A DNA stretch of 43,890 nucleotides from a virus (IMGVR_UViG_3300045988_042144:1-43890); one strand, 5' to 3'; positions 34,045 to 42,570 are shown, counted from the first letter of the stretch. Translations and numbers: made by a program. The notes: generated by a model not told the origin, from the letters alone.

Positions 34045-34434
34045 TCACTTCGGTGGGTTGCACTTTTTGCAAGGCGTGTAGCCGTTCGCAATCGCCTTGC
34101 TGAGCGTGATCTCATAGCAGCTGTTCCACAGAGAGCCGCAGCTCCTCCGATGGTATTTGCTTCCATACTCCGTGACGTAGACGATGATCTCTGCATCCTC
34201 TGCCGATGGCGTTGGCGTGTAAACTACGCGCGTCGGTGTCGGCGTTGGCGTCCGTGTCGGCTTGACGGTTGGCACACGAGTTGGCGCAGCGGATCGAGTA
34301 GAGAAGTAATACTGAAACGGTGTCGGTTGCGGAGATTCAACGTAAGCCGTGGTGTGTGGGTTGGCCCTGATGAAACTCACGGAGGGAACGGTGGTGTTTG
34401 CGGCTGGGAAAGATTCTTCGACGGAAGACTCCAT
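34045..34434 (-). CDS. Protein with a Pro/Thr-rich linker and a C-terminal Ada-like zinc-binding motif (SCGSLWNSC ... GYTPCKKCNPPK)
   Basis: ORF track; F/Y-x-PCK(R/K)C motif typical of Ada N-terminal Zn-binding domains; lower GC than its surroundings. Confidence 0.45.
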   Translation of the reverse strand: MESSVEESFPAANTTVPSVSFIRANPHTTAYVESPQPTPFQYYFSTRSAAPTRVPTVKPTRTPTPTPTRVVYTPTPSAEDAEIIVYVTEYGSKYHRRSCGSLWNSCYEITLSKAIANGYTPCKKCNPPK

Positions 34435-34443
34435 TGCGGAGAT

Positions 34444-34689
34444 TCACCAAAGAAGAGCTACCGCAGTGACCATCAAAGCGGCGAATATGATGGCTACCTT
34501 CGCCGAATCAGACAAAGGTTCTCGGTGTCTGATGGAATCACCTAGCTCCCTGAACCAGTCCTTGATGCGTGGCCATGCGGTGTCCGCAAGCCAGTCAACG
34601 AAGGAGTTCCAGAGATGGACGGAGAGCCGGAATAGCCCGTACAGGATAAGACCTGCAAACAGGATGAGCAGAAATTTTCCTGAGTCCAT
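34444..34689 (-). CDS. Small membrane protein (two TM helices); start taken at the internal Met
   Basis: ORF 34444..34755 would overlap the RBS of the divergent gene; internal MDSGKFLLILFAGLILYGLF is a more plausible start. Confidence 0.4.
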   Translation of the reverse strand: MDSGKFLLILFAGLILYGLFRLSVHLWNSFVDWLADTAWPRIKDWFRELGDSIRHREPLSDSAKVAIIFAALMVTAVALLW

Positions 34690-34769
34690 GAAAGAATCGC
34701 CTACCTTATTAAAGATTGTTATCCACAGTCTAACATCAACGTTTACAAAAATCAACAGGAGGGATAGAG

Positions 34770-34934
34770 ATGTCGGAAAAAGAGAAGCAGATGCTGCGAG
34801 AGATGGACAAGCTCATGAAGAAGCTGTCGGAGGTGGACAGGGCGTACTTCCTCGGCTATGCCGAGGGCATGAGCGCGTCGCTGACCATGCCGCCGCAGGA
34901 GGCGCAGCCAGAATCGGCTGGAAAGGAGGGATGA
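34770..34934 (+). CDS. Small hypothetical protein (54 aa), first rightward early gene
   Basis: AGGAGGGA RBS seven nt upstream; hand translation MSEKEKQMLREMDKLMKKLSEVDRAYFLGYAEGMSASLTMPPQEAQPESAGKEG. Confidence 0.5.
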   Translation: MSEKEKQMLREMDKLMKKLSEVDRAYFLGYAEGMSASLTMPPQEAQPESAGKEG

Positions 34935-34937
34935 GCC

Positions 34938-35234
34938 ATGGAAGAGGGAAAGCTGATCGTGCCGAAGATCGTGCTGGAAAAGTACGATGAGCTGTACGAT
35001 CTGGTGGAGAACCAGAGCACCGACGGCATCCTGCTGCCGAAGCAGGTGGCCAGATACCTTGGCAAGGACACCGAATGGCTGCTGAACACGATCTACGAGG
35101 GGAGCTGCCCCTTTGCCTTTGGAAACAACCGGGGCGTGAAGCGTGGCAGCAGCTGCATCCACGTCCTGCCGTTTTACGCCTACATGGTGCAGGGGCAGCT
35201 CTTCAACGCGGTGATGGATCGGAGGGATAAGTGA
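34938..35234 (+). CDS. Hypothetical protein with AlpA/Xis-like HTH features (excisionase or regulator candidate)
   Basis: AAGGAGGGA RBS; ILLPKQVARYLGKDTEWLLNTIYEG. Confidence 0.4.
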   Translation: MEEGKLIVPKIVLEKYDELYDLVENQSTDGILLPKQVARYLGKDTEWLLNTIYEGSCPFAFGNNRGVKRGSSCIHVLPFYAYMVQGQLFNAVMDRRDK

Positions 35235-35464
35235 TGCAGGTTCACAGCTTCAAGCCGCTGCTCTACGCGCTGGAGGCGAAGAAGGTAAAACGATCCCAGC
35301 TAGCCGATGCGCTGGGCATCTCGCGCTCGGCGCTGTGGCGCAAACTGCATGGAGAGCGGGCTTTTACATGGTGGGAAGTCGCGGCGATCTGCAGGTGGCT
35401 GGGATGCAAAAATCCGCTGGAACTGTTTCCGGCAAAGAAGGAGGACATCGAAAAATGGGACTGA
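35231..35464 (+). CDS. Cro-like / XRE-type small HTH protein (77 aa)
   Basis: RSQLADALGISRSALWRKLHG HTH; overlaps neighbours by four nt. Confidence 0.5.
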   Translation: MMQVHSFKPLLYALEAKKVKRSQLADALGISRSALWRKLHGERAFTWWEVAAICRWLGCKNPLELFPAKKEDIEKWD

Positions 35465-35652
35465 GTGAGCTGTATCTGCAGATGGGGAGACTGATCTGCG
35501 CGTTTGTGATGATCGTAGGGATCATCGGCATCCTGATGCTGGCGATTGACCGCATGGCCACATGGGGTCAGGAGAAGATCGACGCGACCGTCGAGCGCAA
35601 GCGCATGAGCTACCGCAAGGTGGCAAAGCGGCACGGCAGGATCGTGAGATAA
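35455..35652 (+). CDS. Small membrane protein (65 aa)
   Basis: Internal ATG of ORF 35335..35652; TM LICAFVMIVGIIGILMLAI. Confidence 0.4.
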   Translation: MGLSELYLQMGRLICAFVMIVGIIGILMLAIDRMATWGQEKIDATVERKRMSYRKVAKRHGRIVR

Positions 35653-35740
35653 AAAAAGGACCGCTGGGAAGAACCCAGCGGTCAGCACACACAATGCGGA
35701 GAACAACAAAAACTCCACACCACCAAGGAGAGTATAACAC

Positions 35741-36232
35741 ATGGACAGAGGAAACACAAGAAGATTGTCGGTGATCCGCGCGGAATGCGGATACTCGCGG
35801 AAGGAACTGGCGAAGGCCTCCGGCGTATCGGAACACACCATCGTGGAGTACGAGACGGAGATACGGCTGGCAACTCCCAAGACGATGGACAAGCTGTGCA
35901 AGGCGCTGGGTGTGGCGCGCAGTGAGGTGGCAATCGATTATGTCACCAGCCACAACGCCGGATGGGCACGAAGGGCGCTGGAGGCGAACGATCCGCAGGT
36001 CTGCGACAAGGGCGTTGAGCGCTTCCGCACGCAGGCCAACGTGCAGGTCGGGCAGCGCCTGACGCGCAAGCTGAGCAGCCACGTCGGCGGCGCGGGATGG
36101 GTAGAGATGGAGGTCATTGAGATTCGTCCATTCTATTTCCGGGCAAGGGCGGTCAGGGGCGGCTGGTGCGAGTGCTTCGGCTGGCATGATTTTTTGACGG
36201 GCAACGATTATGTGAGGAGGATTCATAGATGA
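35741..36232 (+). CDS. XRE-type HTH-domain protein with an unknown C-terminal domain (regulator or antirepressor candidate)
   Basis: N-terminal HTH (RKELAKASGVSEHTIVEYETE). Confidence 0.55.
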   Translation: MDRGNTRRLSVIRAECGYSRKELAKASGVSEHTIVEYETEIRLATPKTMDKLCKALGVARSEVAIDYVTSHNAGWARRALEANDPQVCDKGVERFRTQANVQVGQRLTRKLSSHVGGAGWVEMEVIEIRPFYFRARAVRGGWCECFGWHDFLTGNDYVRRIHR

Positions 36233-37218
36233 GCACCTACGTTTTTGTGAGCACGGCGGACATGAGCCGCGAAGAATGGCTGGAACAGCGCCGCAAGGGC
36301 ATCGGCGGCAGCGACGCGGCTGCGCTGGTTGGCATGAACGACTACTCGACCCCTTGGTCGATCTACGCGGACAAAAAGGGCATCCTCCCGCCCAAGCCGG
36401 ACACCGAGCCGATGCGCATCGGGCGCGACCTCGAAGATTATGTGGCCAAGCGCTTTACGGAGGCCTCCGGCTTCAAGGTGCAGCGCGCCAACGCGATCTA
36501 CGCCAACGACAAATATCCCTACAGCCTTGCCAACATCGACCGCAGGATCGTCGGCCACAGCAAGTGCGGACTGGAGTGCAAGACCACCAGCGCCTGGAAC
36601 GTCAAGACCTACAAAAACGGCAGCTTTCCGGATCGCTTTTACTGCCAGTGCGTGCATTACATGGCGATCATGGAGTACGACCGCTGGTATCTGGCGGTAC
36701 TGGTGCTGGGAGAAGGCCTCCACATCTACCAAATGACGCGATACGAGGTGGACGAGACCCCGCAGTGGTGCGAGGGCAGTGTGTACGTCGATCAGGGCGA
36801 GATTGACGCGCTGATGGGCGCAGAGAAGGCGTTCTGGCAGGATCACATCCTGACCAATACTCCGCCAGCCGTGGACGGCAAAAAGGCCACCACGGAAGCC
36901 GTGAAGGCCGCTGCAAGCGCAGGAAGCAGAGAAGATACCATTGACCTTGGTGCATCTCCGGCACTGCAAAACTGGCTCAACATCGACGGGCAGATCAAAG
37001 CCCTGAAAAAGGAGCAGGAAAAGTGGAAGCAGTCCATCATACTGTCCCTGATGGGCGCGCGGCACGGCGTGAGCGGCAAGATCAAGGTGGACAACGTGCC
37101 TGCCAGCAAAAAGACCTTCGATCCCGAAAAATATAAGAAAGACTTCCCCGGCGCAGACCTAGCGCCGTACTACACTATCACCACCAGCACCAGATTCACC
37201 GTTAAGGAGGGCAAATGA
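36229..37218 (+). CDS. YqaJ-like (lambda-Exo-type) recombination exonuclease
   Basis: N-terminal EEWLEQRRKGIGGSDAAALVGMNDYSTPWSIYADK typical of the YqaJ family; paired with RecT. Confidence 0.8.
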   Translation: MSTYVFVSTADMSREEWLEQRRKGIGGSDAAALVGMNDYSTPWSIYADKKGILPPKPDTEPMRIGRDLEDYVAKRFTEASGFKVQRANAIYANDKYPYSLANIDRRIVGHSKCGLECKTTSAWNVKTYKNGSFPDRFYCQCVHYMAIMEYDRWYLAVLVLGEGLHIYQMTRYEVDETPQWCEGSVYVDQGEIDALMGAEKAFWQDHILTNTPPAVDGKKATTEAVKAAASAGSREDTIDLGASPALQNWLNIDGQIKALKKEQEKWKQSIILSLMGARHGVSGKIKVDNVPASKKTFDPEKYKKDFPGADLAPYYTITTSTRFTVKEGK

Positions 37219-38132
37219 CCATGACTAAGATTTCTGCTGCCGTTCAGCAGCGCGCCGCTGCTTCCGCTCCCGCGACCGCCTCTGTGGGCGTGATGCTCAA
37301 CTCCCTGCTCGACCGCGAAGGCTACCGCAAGCGCTTCGACGAGCTGCTGGGCAAGCGCGCACCGCAGTTCGTTTCCTCTATCGTCAGCATGGTCAACGGA
37401 GACAAAAAGCTGCAGAAGGCGTTCATGAATGCGCCAATTACAGTGATCCAGAGCGCGCTCAAGGCCGCGACCTTTGACCTGCCGATTGACCCGGCGCTTG
37501 GATATGCTTACATCGTGCCTTTTAACAATCTGAAAGATGACGGCTCCTATGTGATGGAGGCATCGTTCGTGATTGGTTATCGCGGACTGCTGCAGCTGGC
37601 GATGCGTACCGGCGCATACGAGAAGATCAACGTGGTCGATGTACGAGAGGGCGAGCTGGTGAGCTACAACCGCCTGACGGAGGACGTAGAGCTGGAATTT
37701 GTTGAAGATGAGGACGAACGAGATGCACTCCCGATTATTGGCTGGTGCGGATATTATCGCCTGACAAATGGGATGGAAAAGACCATCTACATGAGCCGGA
37801 AGCAGATCGTCAAGCACGAGGAGAAGAACCGCAAAAGCAAGTATATGGGAAAGGGCTGGCGCACCGATTTTGATGCAATGGCTGCGAAAACCGTGCTGCG
37901 CAGACTGATTGGGAAGTGGGGCATCCTCTCCATCGATTATCAGATGAAAGCGGACGCACGCACCATGGCGGCAGCGGAAGCACTTGCCACCGGGAAGATC
38001 GATGATATGGAAGCACCCATGGACATCACGCCTGAATTCGTGGTTTCTGATGAGGATGCCGCCATCGTGGCAGAACTGGACCGCGAACAGGCAGAGGCAC
38101 AGGAAGCCGAGCAGCAGAAGATGGAGATGTAA
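37215..38132 (+). CDS. recT: RecT-family single-strand annealing protein
   Basis: FVIGYRGLLQLAMRTGAYEKINVVDV... RecT-like core; operonic with YqaJ. Confidence 0.8.
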   Translation: MTMTKISAAVQQRAAASAPATASVGVMLNSLLDREGYRKRFDELLGKRAPQFVSSIVSMVNGDKKLQKAFMNAPITVIQSALKAATFDLPIDPALGYAYIVPFNNLKDDGSYVMEASFVIGYRGLLQLAMRTGAYEKINVVDVREGELVSYNRLTEDVELEFVEDEDERDALPIIGWCGYYRLTNGMEKTIYMSRKQIVKHEEKNRKSKYMGKGWRTDFDAMAAKTVLRRLIGKWGILSIDYQMKADARTMAAAEALATGKIDDMEAPMDITPEFVVSDEDAAIVAELDREQAEAQEAEQQKMEM

Positions 38133-38135
38133 CAT

Positions 38136-38975
38136 ATGGCATGGATCGAGGTGCATGATACCCTGCCGGATCATCCCAAGGTCCTACGCGCCGCCAAGGC
38201 TCTGAAGCTGGACAGCGATGCCCTCGTGGGCAAGCTCGTCCGGCTCTGGGTCTGGGCGCTGGGCAACCGGGAGGACGGCGTGCTGAATGATCTGGATGCG
38301 GATCGGCTGGATGTCATCATGCAGTACAAAGGCAAGGCCTCCGCGCTGCTGGAGGCACTGGTCGCGAACCGGCTGCTGGACGAGCTGCCGGACGAGCATT
38401 ACATGATCCACGATTGGGACGAACACGTCATGATGCTGCGCGACAAACGCGAGGAGAAGCGCAAGCAAAATGCGGAGCGCGTCAAGCGTTACCGTAACGC
38501 AAAAAAACGAACGGAATCAGAGAACTGTAACGCGGATGTAACGCATGAATGTAATGCAGATGTAACGCATTACAACGGCGTTACATGTAACGCAAGTAAT
38601 GCGCGTACCGTACCTAACCGTACCATAGATGACCTTAATGACGACCCTACCACCCTAGCTGTCTGCGCGCGCGAGGCGGCACCGCTGCCTGTGGATAACT
38701 TTGAGGATCAGGTGCGGGAGACGATCTCCGATGGCTTTCTGCGCCTGACGGGGCGCGAGGCGAATCCGGTGGAACTGGACGCTCTCGTGGCGAATACGGG
38801 ATCGGACGGGGGTATGTCCCCGGAGATGGTGCTCCTGGCGGTCTCCAGAGCGGTCACATACGGCGCGAAGAGCATCGTTGGATACTCGACAAGGGTGATG
38901 GTCGAATGGCGCAGGAAGGGGCTTTTCTCGCCCGCTGCAGTGGATGAATGGGAGGCGGCGCGAGATGGAGTATAA
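38136..38975 (+). CDS. Replisome organiser / DnaD-like replication initiation protein
   Basis: C-terminal DnaD-like segment (AKSIVGYSTRVMVEWRRKGLFS); in-gene iteron array. Confidence 0.65.
   Translation: MAWIEVHDTLPDHPKVLRAAKALKLDSDALVGKLVRLWVWALGNREDGVLNDLDADRLDVIMQYKGKASALLEALVANRLLDELPDEHYMIHDWDEHVMMLRDKREEKRKQNAERVKRYRNAKKRTESENCNADVTHECNADVTHYNGVTCNASNARTVPNRTIDDLNDDPTTLAVCAREAAPLPVDNFEDQVRETISDGFLRLTGREANPVELDALVANTGSDGGMSPEMVLLAVSRAVTYGAKSIVGYSTRVMVEWRRKGLFSPAAVDEWEAARDGV
38493..38593 (+). repeat. Iteron array inside the organiser gene: TGTAA(C/T)GC at 38493, 38526, 38537, 38550, 38561 and 38586, plus one inverted copy (GCGTTACA 38578); candidate phage origin
   Basis: Read directly; 11-13-bp spacing of the central four copies. 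Confidence 0.6.
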
Positions 38976-39342
38976 GCTCGTCATCGAGGGCACGCTGCCG
39001 GGCCTGAACGAGTACAGTGACACGGAGCGAAAGATCTCCGGCGCGAGGGCTGCCGCACGGCTCAAACGGGACACGCAGGAGCTGATCGGCTGGTATATTC
39101 GTGCCCAACTCAAGGGCTTGCAGGTCGGAAAAAGGGTGCGTTTGGAGTACAAATGGATCGAGCCGAACCGCCGAAGAGACATGGACAACATCGCCTTTGC
39201 ACACAAGTTTGTGCAGGATGCGCTCGTCGAAAACGGCGTGCTCGGCGGCGACGGATGGAGGTACATCAGCGGATTTTCCGACGAGTTTGACGTGGATCGG
39301 GAACGCCCGAGAGTGGAGATTTTGATCATCGAGGAGGAGTGA
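38965..39342 (+). CDS. rusA: RusA Holliday-junction resolvase
   Basis: NRRRDMDNIAFAHKFVQDAL matches the RusA catalytic region (RRRRDLDNLQKAAFDAL). Confidence 0.75.
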   Translation: MEYKLVIEGTLPGLNEYSDTERKISGARAAARLKRDTQELIGWYIRAQLKGLQVGKRVRLEYKWIEPNRRRDMDNIAFAHKFVQDALVENGVLGGDGWRYISGFSDEFDVDRERPRVEILIIEEE

Positions 39343-39551
39343 AGATGAGCAACAACATTACGGCAGACGATATCCGCAAGGCGGCGGTGGAGCTGATCGA
39401 AGAAATAACAACGTCCCATAAAGTGCTCGCAGGAGTCAATGCGGCTGAGATGATGCGACTGAATGAGCTTAAGACGCAGGCAATACTTGGGTATATCAAC
39501 GGTGTTTGCGCGCTGGCGAAAAGAGTGACGGAGGGCGAAGAAGATGTATAA
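39339..39551 (+). CDS. Hypothetical protein (70 aa)
   Basis: ORF, GGAGGAG RBS. Confidence 0.45.
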   Translation: MKMSNNITADDIRKAAVELIEEITTSHKVLAGVNAAEMMRLNELKTQAILGYINGVCALAKRVTEGEEDV

Positions 39552-39780
39552 GCCCATGGAGACACGCGACATGGCGTTAGAGATCGGGCGGTTGCTCAAC
39601 CTCCGCAAGGCTGTTATGGATGACAATAATATGGCGATAGCTGCGATGGGCGTTGGGAAAAGCGTGGCGGTAGACACCATCGACAATATCATCAAGTACC
39701 TGCTGGATCTTAGCCGAGAGTACACCGAGGTCTGTTGGAGGCTGCGGTTGTACGGAGAGGAGGCGACCACGCATGACTGA
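39544..39780 (+). CDS. Hypothetical protein (78 aa)
   Basis: ORF overlapping neighbours. Confidence 0.45.
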   Translation: MYKPMETRDMALEIGRLLNLRKAVMDDNNMAIAAMGVGKSVAVDTIDNIIKYLLDLSREYTEVCWRLRLYGEEATTHD

Positions 39781-40117
39781 CACCATCGACCGCGACGAGC
39801 TGCTGCGGGAGCTGACCAAGCGACGTGCCGAAAAGGAGCACGACCGCGACCTCGACAGCGTGTTTTACAGGCAGGGGTACATAGGTGGGTTTTATAAGCA
39901 GGGGTACATGGACGGGTATGACGATGCGATCAAGGCGATTGACAGCATTCTGCCCGCCGACGTGGAGCCGGTGCGCAGGGGCACGTGGAGGATGATCGAC
40001 CTGTCTGACGATTACAAGATCGTCAAGTGTAGCAAGTGCGATTATCTGATGGAGCAGGGGACACAGACACCATACTGCCCGCGCTGCGGAGCGAAGATGG
40101 AGGACAAAAATGCGTAA
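39773..40117 (+). CDS. Hypothetical protein with a C-terminal zinc ribbon (CSKCDY...CPRCG)
   Basis: ORF; CxxC-x15-CxxC. Confidence 0.45.
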   Translation: MTDTIDRDELLRELTKRRAEKEHDRDLDSVFYRQGYIGGFYKQGYMDGYDDAIKAIDSILPADVEPVRRGTWRMIDLSDDYKIVKCSKCDYLMEQGTQTPYCPRCGAKMEDKNA

Positions 40118-40814
40118 GATGACACAAGCGGAGTTTGACGAGCTGAAGCGCAACGAGGATGGATACCTGGTCATCCCGGACTGCACTGACTGCACCGAGA
40201 TTGACTTTGGTGTGGCGGACAAGGTGGTCTTTGGCGACGGATGCAAGCTGGGCAACAGATGCGATCTGGGCTACGGGTGCAAGCTGGGCTACGGGTGCGT
40301 GCTGGGCGACGGGTGCGTGCTGGGCTACGAGTGCAAGCTGGGTGACAGCTGCACACTCGGCAGTGGCTGCGTGCTGGGCGACGAGTGCGTGCTGGGCGAA
40401 TGCTGCGATCTAGGCAACTGGTGCGATCTAGGCGAATGCTGCGATCTGGGCAGCTGGTGCGATCTGGGCTACGGGTGCGAGCTGGGCAACGAGTGCAAGC
40501 TGGGCGAGTACATTGACGCGCGTGCAACGCTTGAAGCGGGGCGTGTGCAGGATGGTCTGTATGTGCAGATCGGTAATATCGGCAGTGAGCATCGGACGGC
40601 CTACTTTTACATCGATAGGGATGGAGCAATGTTTGTCCGCGCTGGGTGCTGGTTTGGCGGGATGAATGACTTTAAGGCACGCGTCAAGGATGTGCATGGC
40701 GGCAAGATCTATGAAGCGCAGTATATGGCAGCGTGCGCTTATGCAGAGGCAGTGTTGCCGCAGATGCTCAAGGAGAGCGACGCGGCAAGGAAGGAGCAGC
40801 ATGACAATCAATGA
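40110..40814 (+). CDS. Second Cys-rich hexapeptide-repeat protein (about 16 LGxxCx units) with an extra C-terminal domain; inverted paralogue of 359..1096
   Basis: Shared N-terminus MTQAEFDELKRN...TDCTEIDF and repeat; about 80% nt identity over the first ~120 nt with the start of the other copy. Confidence 0.7.
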   Translation: MRKMTQAEFDELKRNEDGYLVIPDCTDCTEIDFGVADKVVFGDGCKLGNRCDLGYGCKLGYGCVLGDGCVLGYECKLGDSCTLGSGCVLGDECVLGECCDLGNWCDLGECCDLGSWCDLGYGCELGNECKLGEYIDARATLEAGRVQDGLYVQIGNIGSEHRTAYFYIDRDGAMFVRAGCWFGGMNDFKARVKDVHGGKIYEAQYMAACAYAEAVLPQMLKESDAARKEQHDNQ

Positions 40815-41163
40815 ATTTTTGCAAAAATATCGAAAGCAGCGTAATGGCATGCAGATCGTCCGTCCGCGCGTGAGGTGCGCAGATGGGTATACGGTGTCGG
40901 TGCAGGCGGGGAATAGGTGGAACAGCGAGCCGCAGCTTGACACAGGATGGTACAGCAAGGTCGAACTGGGCTACCCGACAGCGGCGGACGAAGAGTTGCG
41001 AGACTACGCCGATGAAAAAAGAGACCTCCGCGGCACAGTGTACGGTTTTGTGCCGGTCAAACTGGTGGACGAGGTGCTGACAAAGCACGGCGGGATTGTA
41101 GGTGCGGATTTTAGCAACGACGGGGCAGGATTTTGGGAGGGAGAAACCAATGACGACGATTGA
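40801..41163 (+). CDS. Hypothetical protein (120 aa)
   Basis: Internal ATG of ORF 40666..41163 overlapping the previous stop. Confidence 0.4.
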   Translation: MTINEFLQKYRKQRNGMQIVRPRVRCADGYTVSVQAGNRWNSEPQLDTGWYSKVELGYPTAADEELRDYADEKRDLRGTVYGFVPVKLVDEVLTKHGGIVGADFSNDGAGFWEGETNDDD

Positions 41164-41356
41164 GTTTCTTCAGCGGCTGATCCGCACAAATGAGACCAAC
41201 ACCCGCCACGCACAGGAGAGGCATGACGATGGAGCACTGGTACGGCTGGACGAGACGCGCCAGCACCTGTTCGCGGCGTTGCGGGCGGTGGAGCTTGCTG
41301 AGCAGATCGGCGCGATGTTTGGGGAGAACAAAGAAGTAAGGGAGGACGAAAAATGA
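41150..41356 (+). CDS. Hypothetical protein (68 aa)
   Basis: Internal ATG after GGAGGGAGAAACC. Confidence 0.4.
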   Translation: MTTIEFLQRLIRTNETNTRHAQERHDDGALVRLDETRQHLFAALRAVELAEQIGAMFGENKEVREDEK

Positions 41357-41733
41357 AAAAGAAACTGATTGCGGCGTTGGCCGTGTGCCTTGTGATGGTG
41401 CTAACGGGATGCACCGAAGCCGATAAGGTCAACTACAATATGTCCAAGCAAGCGTCGTATTTTGAATCTGAGCGGCGTATCACCGTATATAATGCCCGTA
41501 CCGATCTGGTTATCTTGTATGCCGAAGGTTACATGGACATCTCCAACAATAGTACTAATGAGCTGGTTGTCACGGTTAAGACTGGGCCTAGTACCTACAA
41601 GAAGAATTACATTTATCTCAACGATTATACGATGTATGTTGTTGAGGATATCACTGGCACACACGCCGACCCGTACCATTACGAGCTGCATTTTCATACT
41701 GAGTTCCCTGTTTCTGTAGGCGTTAAACCATAA
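41353..41733 (+). CDS. Lipoprotein (signal peptide plus LTGC lipobox), low-GC moron
   Basis: MKKKLIAALAVCLVMVLTGC; local GC clearly below the genome average. Confidence 0.65.
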   Translation: MKKKLIAALAVCLVMVLTGCTEADKVNYNMSKQASYFESERRITVYNARTDLVILYAEGYMDISNNSTNELVVTVKTGPSTYKKNYIYLNDYTMYVVEDITGTHADPYHYELHFHTEFPVSVGVKP

Positions 41734-41748
41734 GGAGGACGAACGGCC

Positions 41749-41979
41749 ATGATGATCAGCACATACGACGGCAAGCGCGCTTACAACAGCCGATACATCC
41801 GCAGCATTCAGCTTCGGCGCGGGGTAGGCGGCGCGGAGATGGAGATCGTCGCGGACATTGACGGCGTGAAGGGTGTAACGATATTATATCGTGCTAACAT
41901 ATACGAAAATCCAGAAGCGGAAGAATGCATTGAGCGTGTCTACAAGAGACTGATAGACAGGATCAACGAGGAGAAATAG
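41749..41979 (+). CDS. Hypothetical protein (76 aa)
   Basis: ORF with GGAGGACGAA RBS. Confidence 0.45.
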   Translation: MMISTYDGKRAYNSRYIRSIQLRRGVGGAEMEIVADIDGVKGVTILYRANIYENPEAEECIERVYKRLIDRINEEK

Positions 41980-41982
41980 AGA

Positions 41983-42549
41983 ATGGGACACACAAAGGAC
42001 ATCAGCAGCAAAGAATCCAAAGCCAACAAGAAGAAGTACGCCGAGATGGCGCAAAAGCTGCGAGAGCAGGCTCCTGCGGCTGCGGGAAGACCGCTGAACT
42101 GGATGGAGCAGCAGAGCCTCCAGACGATCTTTGCCATAGGGGAGTTCCCCGATGTGGCAAAGGGCGTGCTGGGGCCGAGGCTGGACACCATCCGCAACAG
42201 CAAGCAGCGCCTCGGGATCATCCAATGGGCGGCGCGCAGCCTGTTTGAGGACTGCATCAAGCAGCTCACGCCGGATCAGGCCGATAGATTCGTAAAAACC
42301 GCGCAGGTCATGCGCTGCGAAGTGCATCCGGCGGGGATATCCAAGGCCCCGCGAACGAAGGACGAAACCATCGTCAACTGCCAAGACCTGTACACGCTGG
42401 TCGAATCAGTCTACCGGCACGAGTGCATGATGTGCAGCAAAAAAGGCCGCGAAGTCAAAAAGTGCGGCCTGAAGAAAGCGCTCGATGCGATGATGATCCT
42501 GACGGCACATGAAGAAGCGTCCGAAGGGGACTGCTGGTATCAACTGTAA
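41983..42549 (+). CDS. Hypothetical protein with a C-terminal Cys cluster (CMMCSKKG...KKCG)
   Basis: ORF track; no family recognised. Confidence 0.45.
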   Translation: MGHTKDISSKESKANKKKYAEMAQKLREQAPAAAGRPLNWMEQQSLQTIFAIGEFPDVAKGVLGPRLDTIRNSKQRLGIIQWAARSLFEDCIKQLTPDQADRFVKTAQVMRCEVHPAGISKAPRTKDETIVNCQDLYTLVESVYRHECMMCSKKGREVKKCGLKKALDAMMILTAHEEASEGDCWYQL

Positions 42550-42570
42550 CAGCGACGGAAGGAGGCCTCC

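Noticed and set aside
33952-34545. 197-aa plus-strand ORF starting at TTG inside the operator
   Set aside because: Arg/Trp-rich composition typical of a wrong frame in GC-rich coding DNA. It starts within the operator and promoter and overlaps the minus-strand genes, which have better protein-like features.
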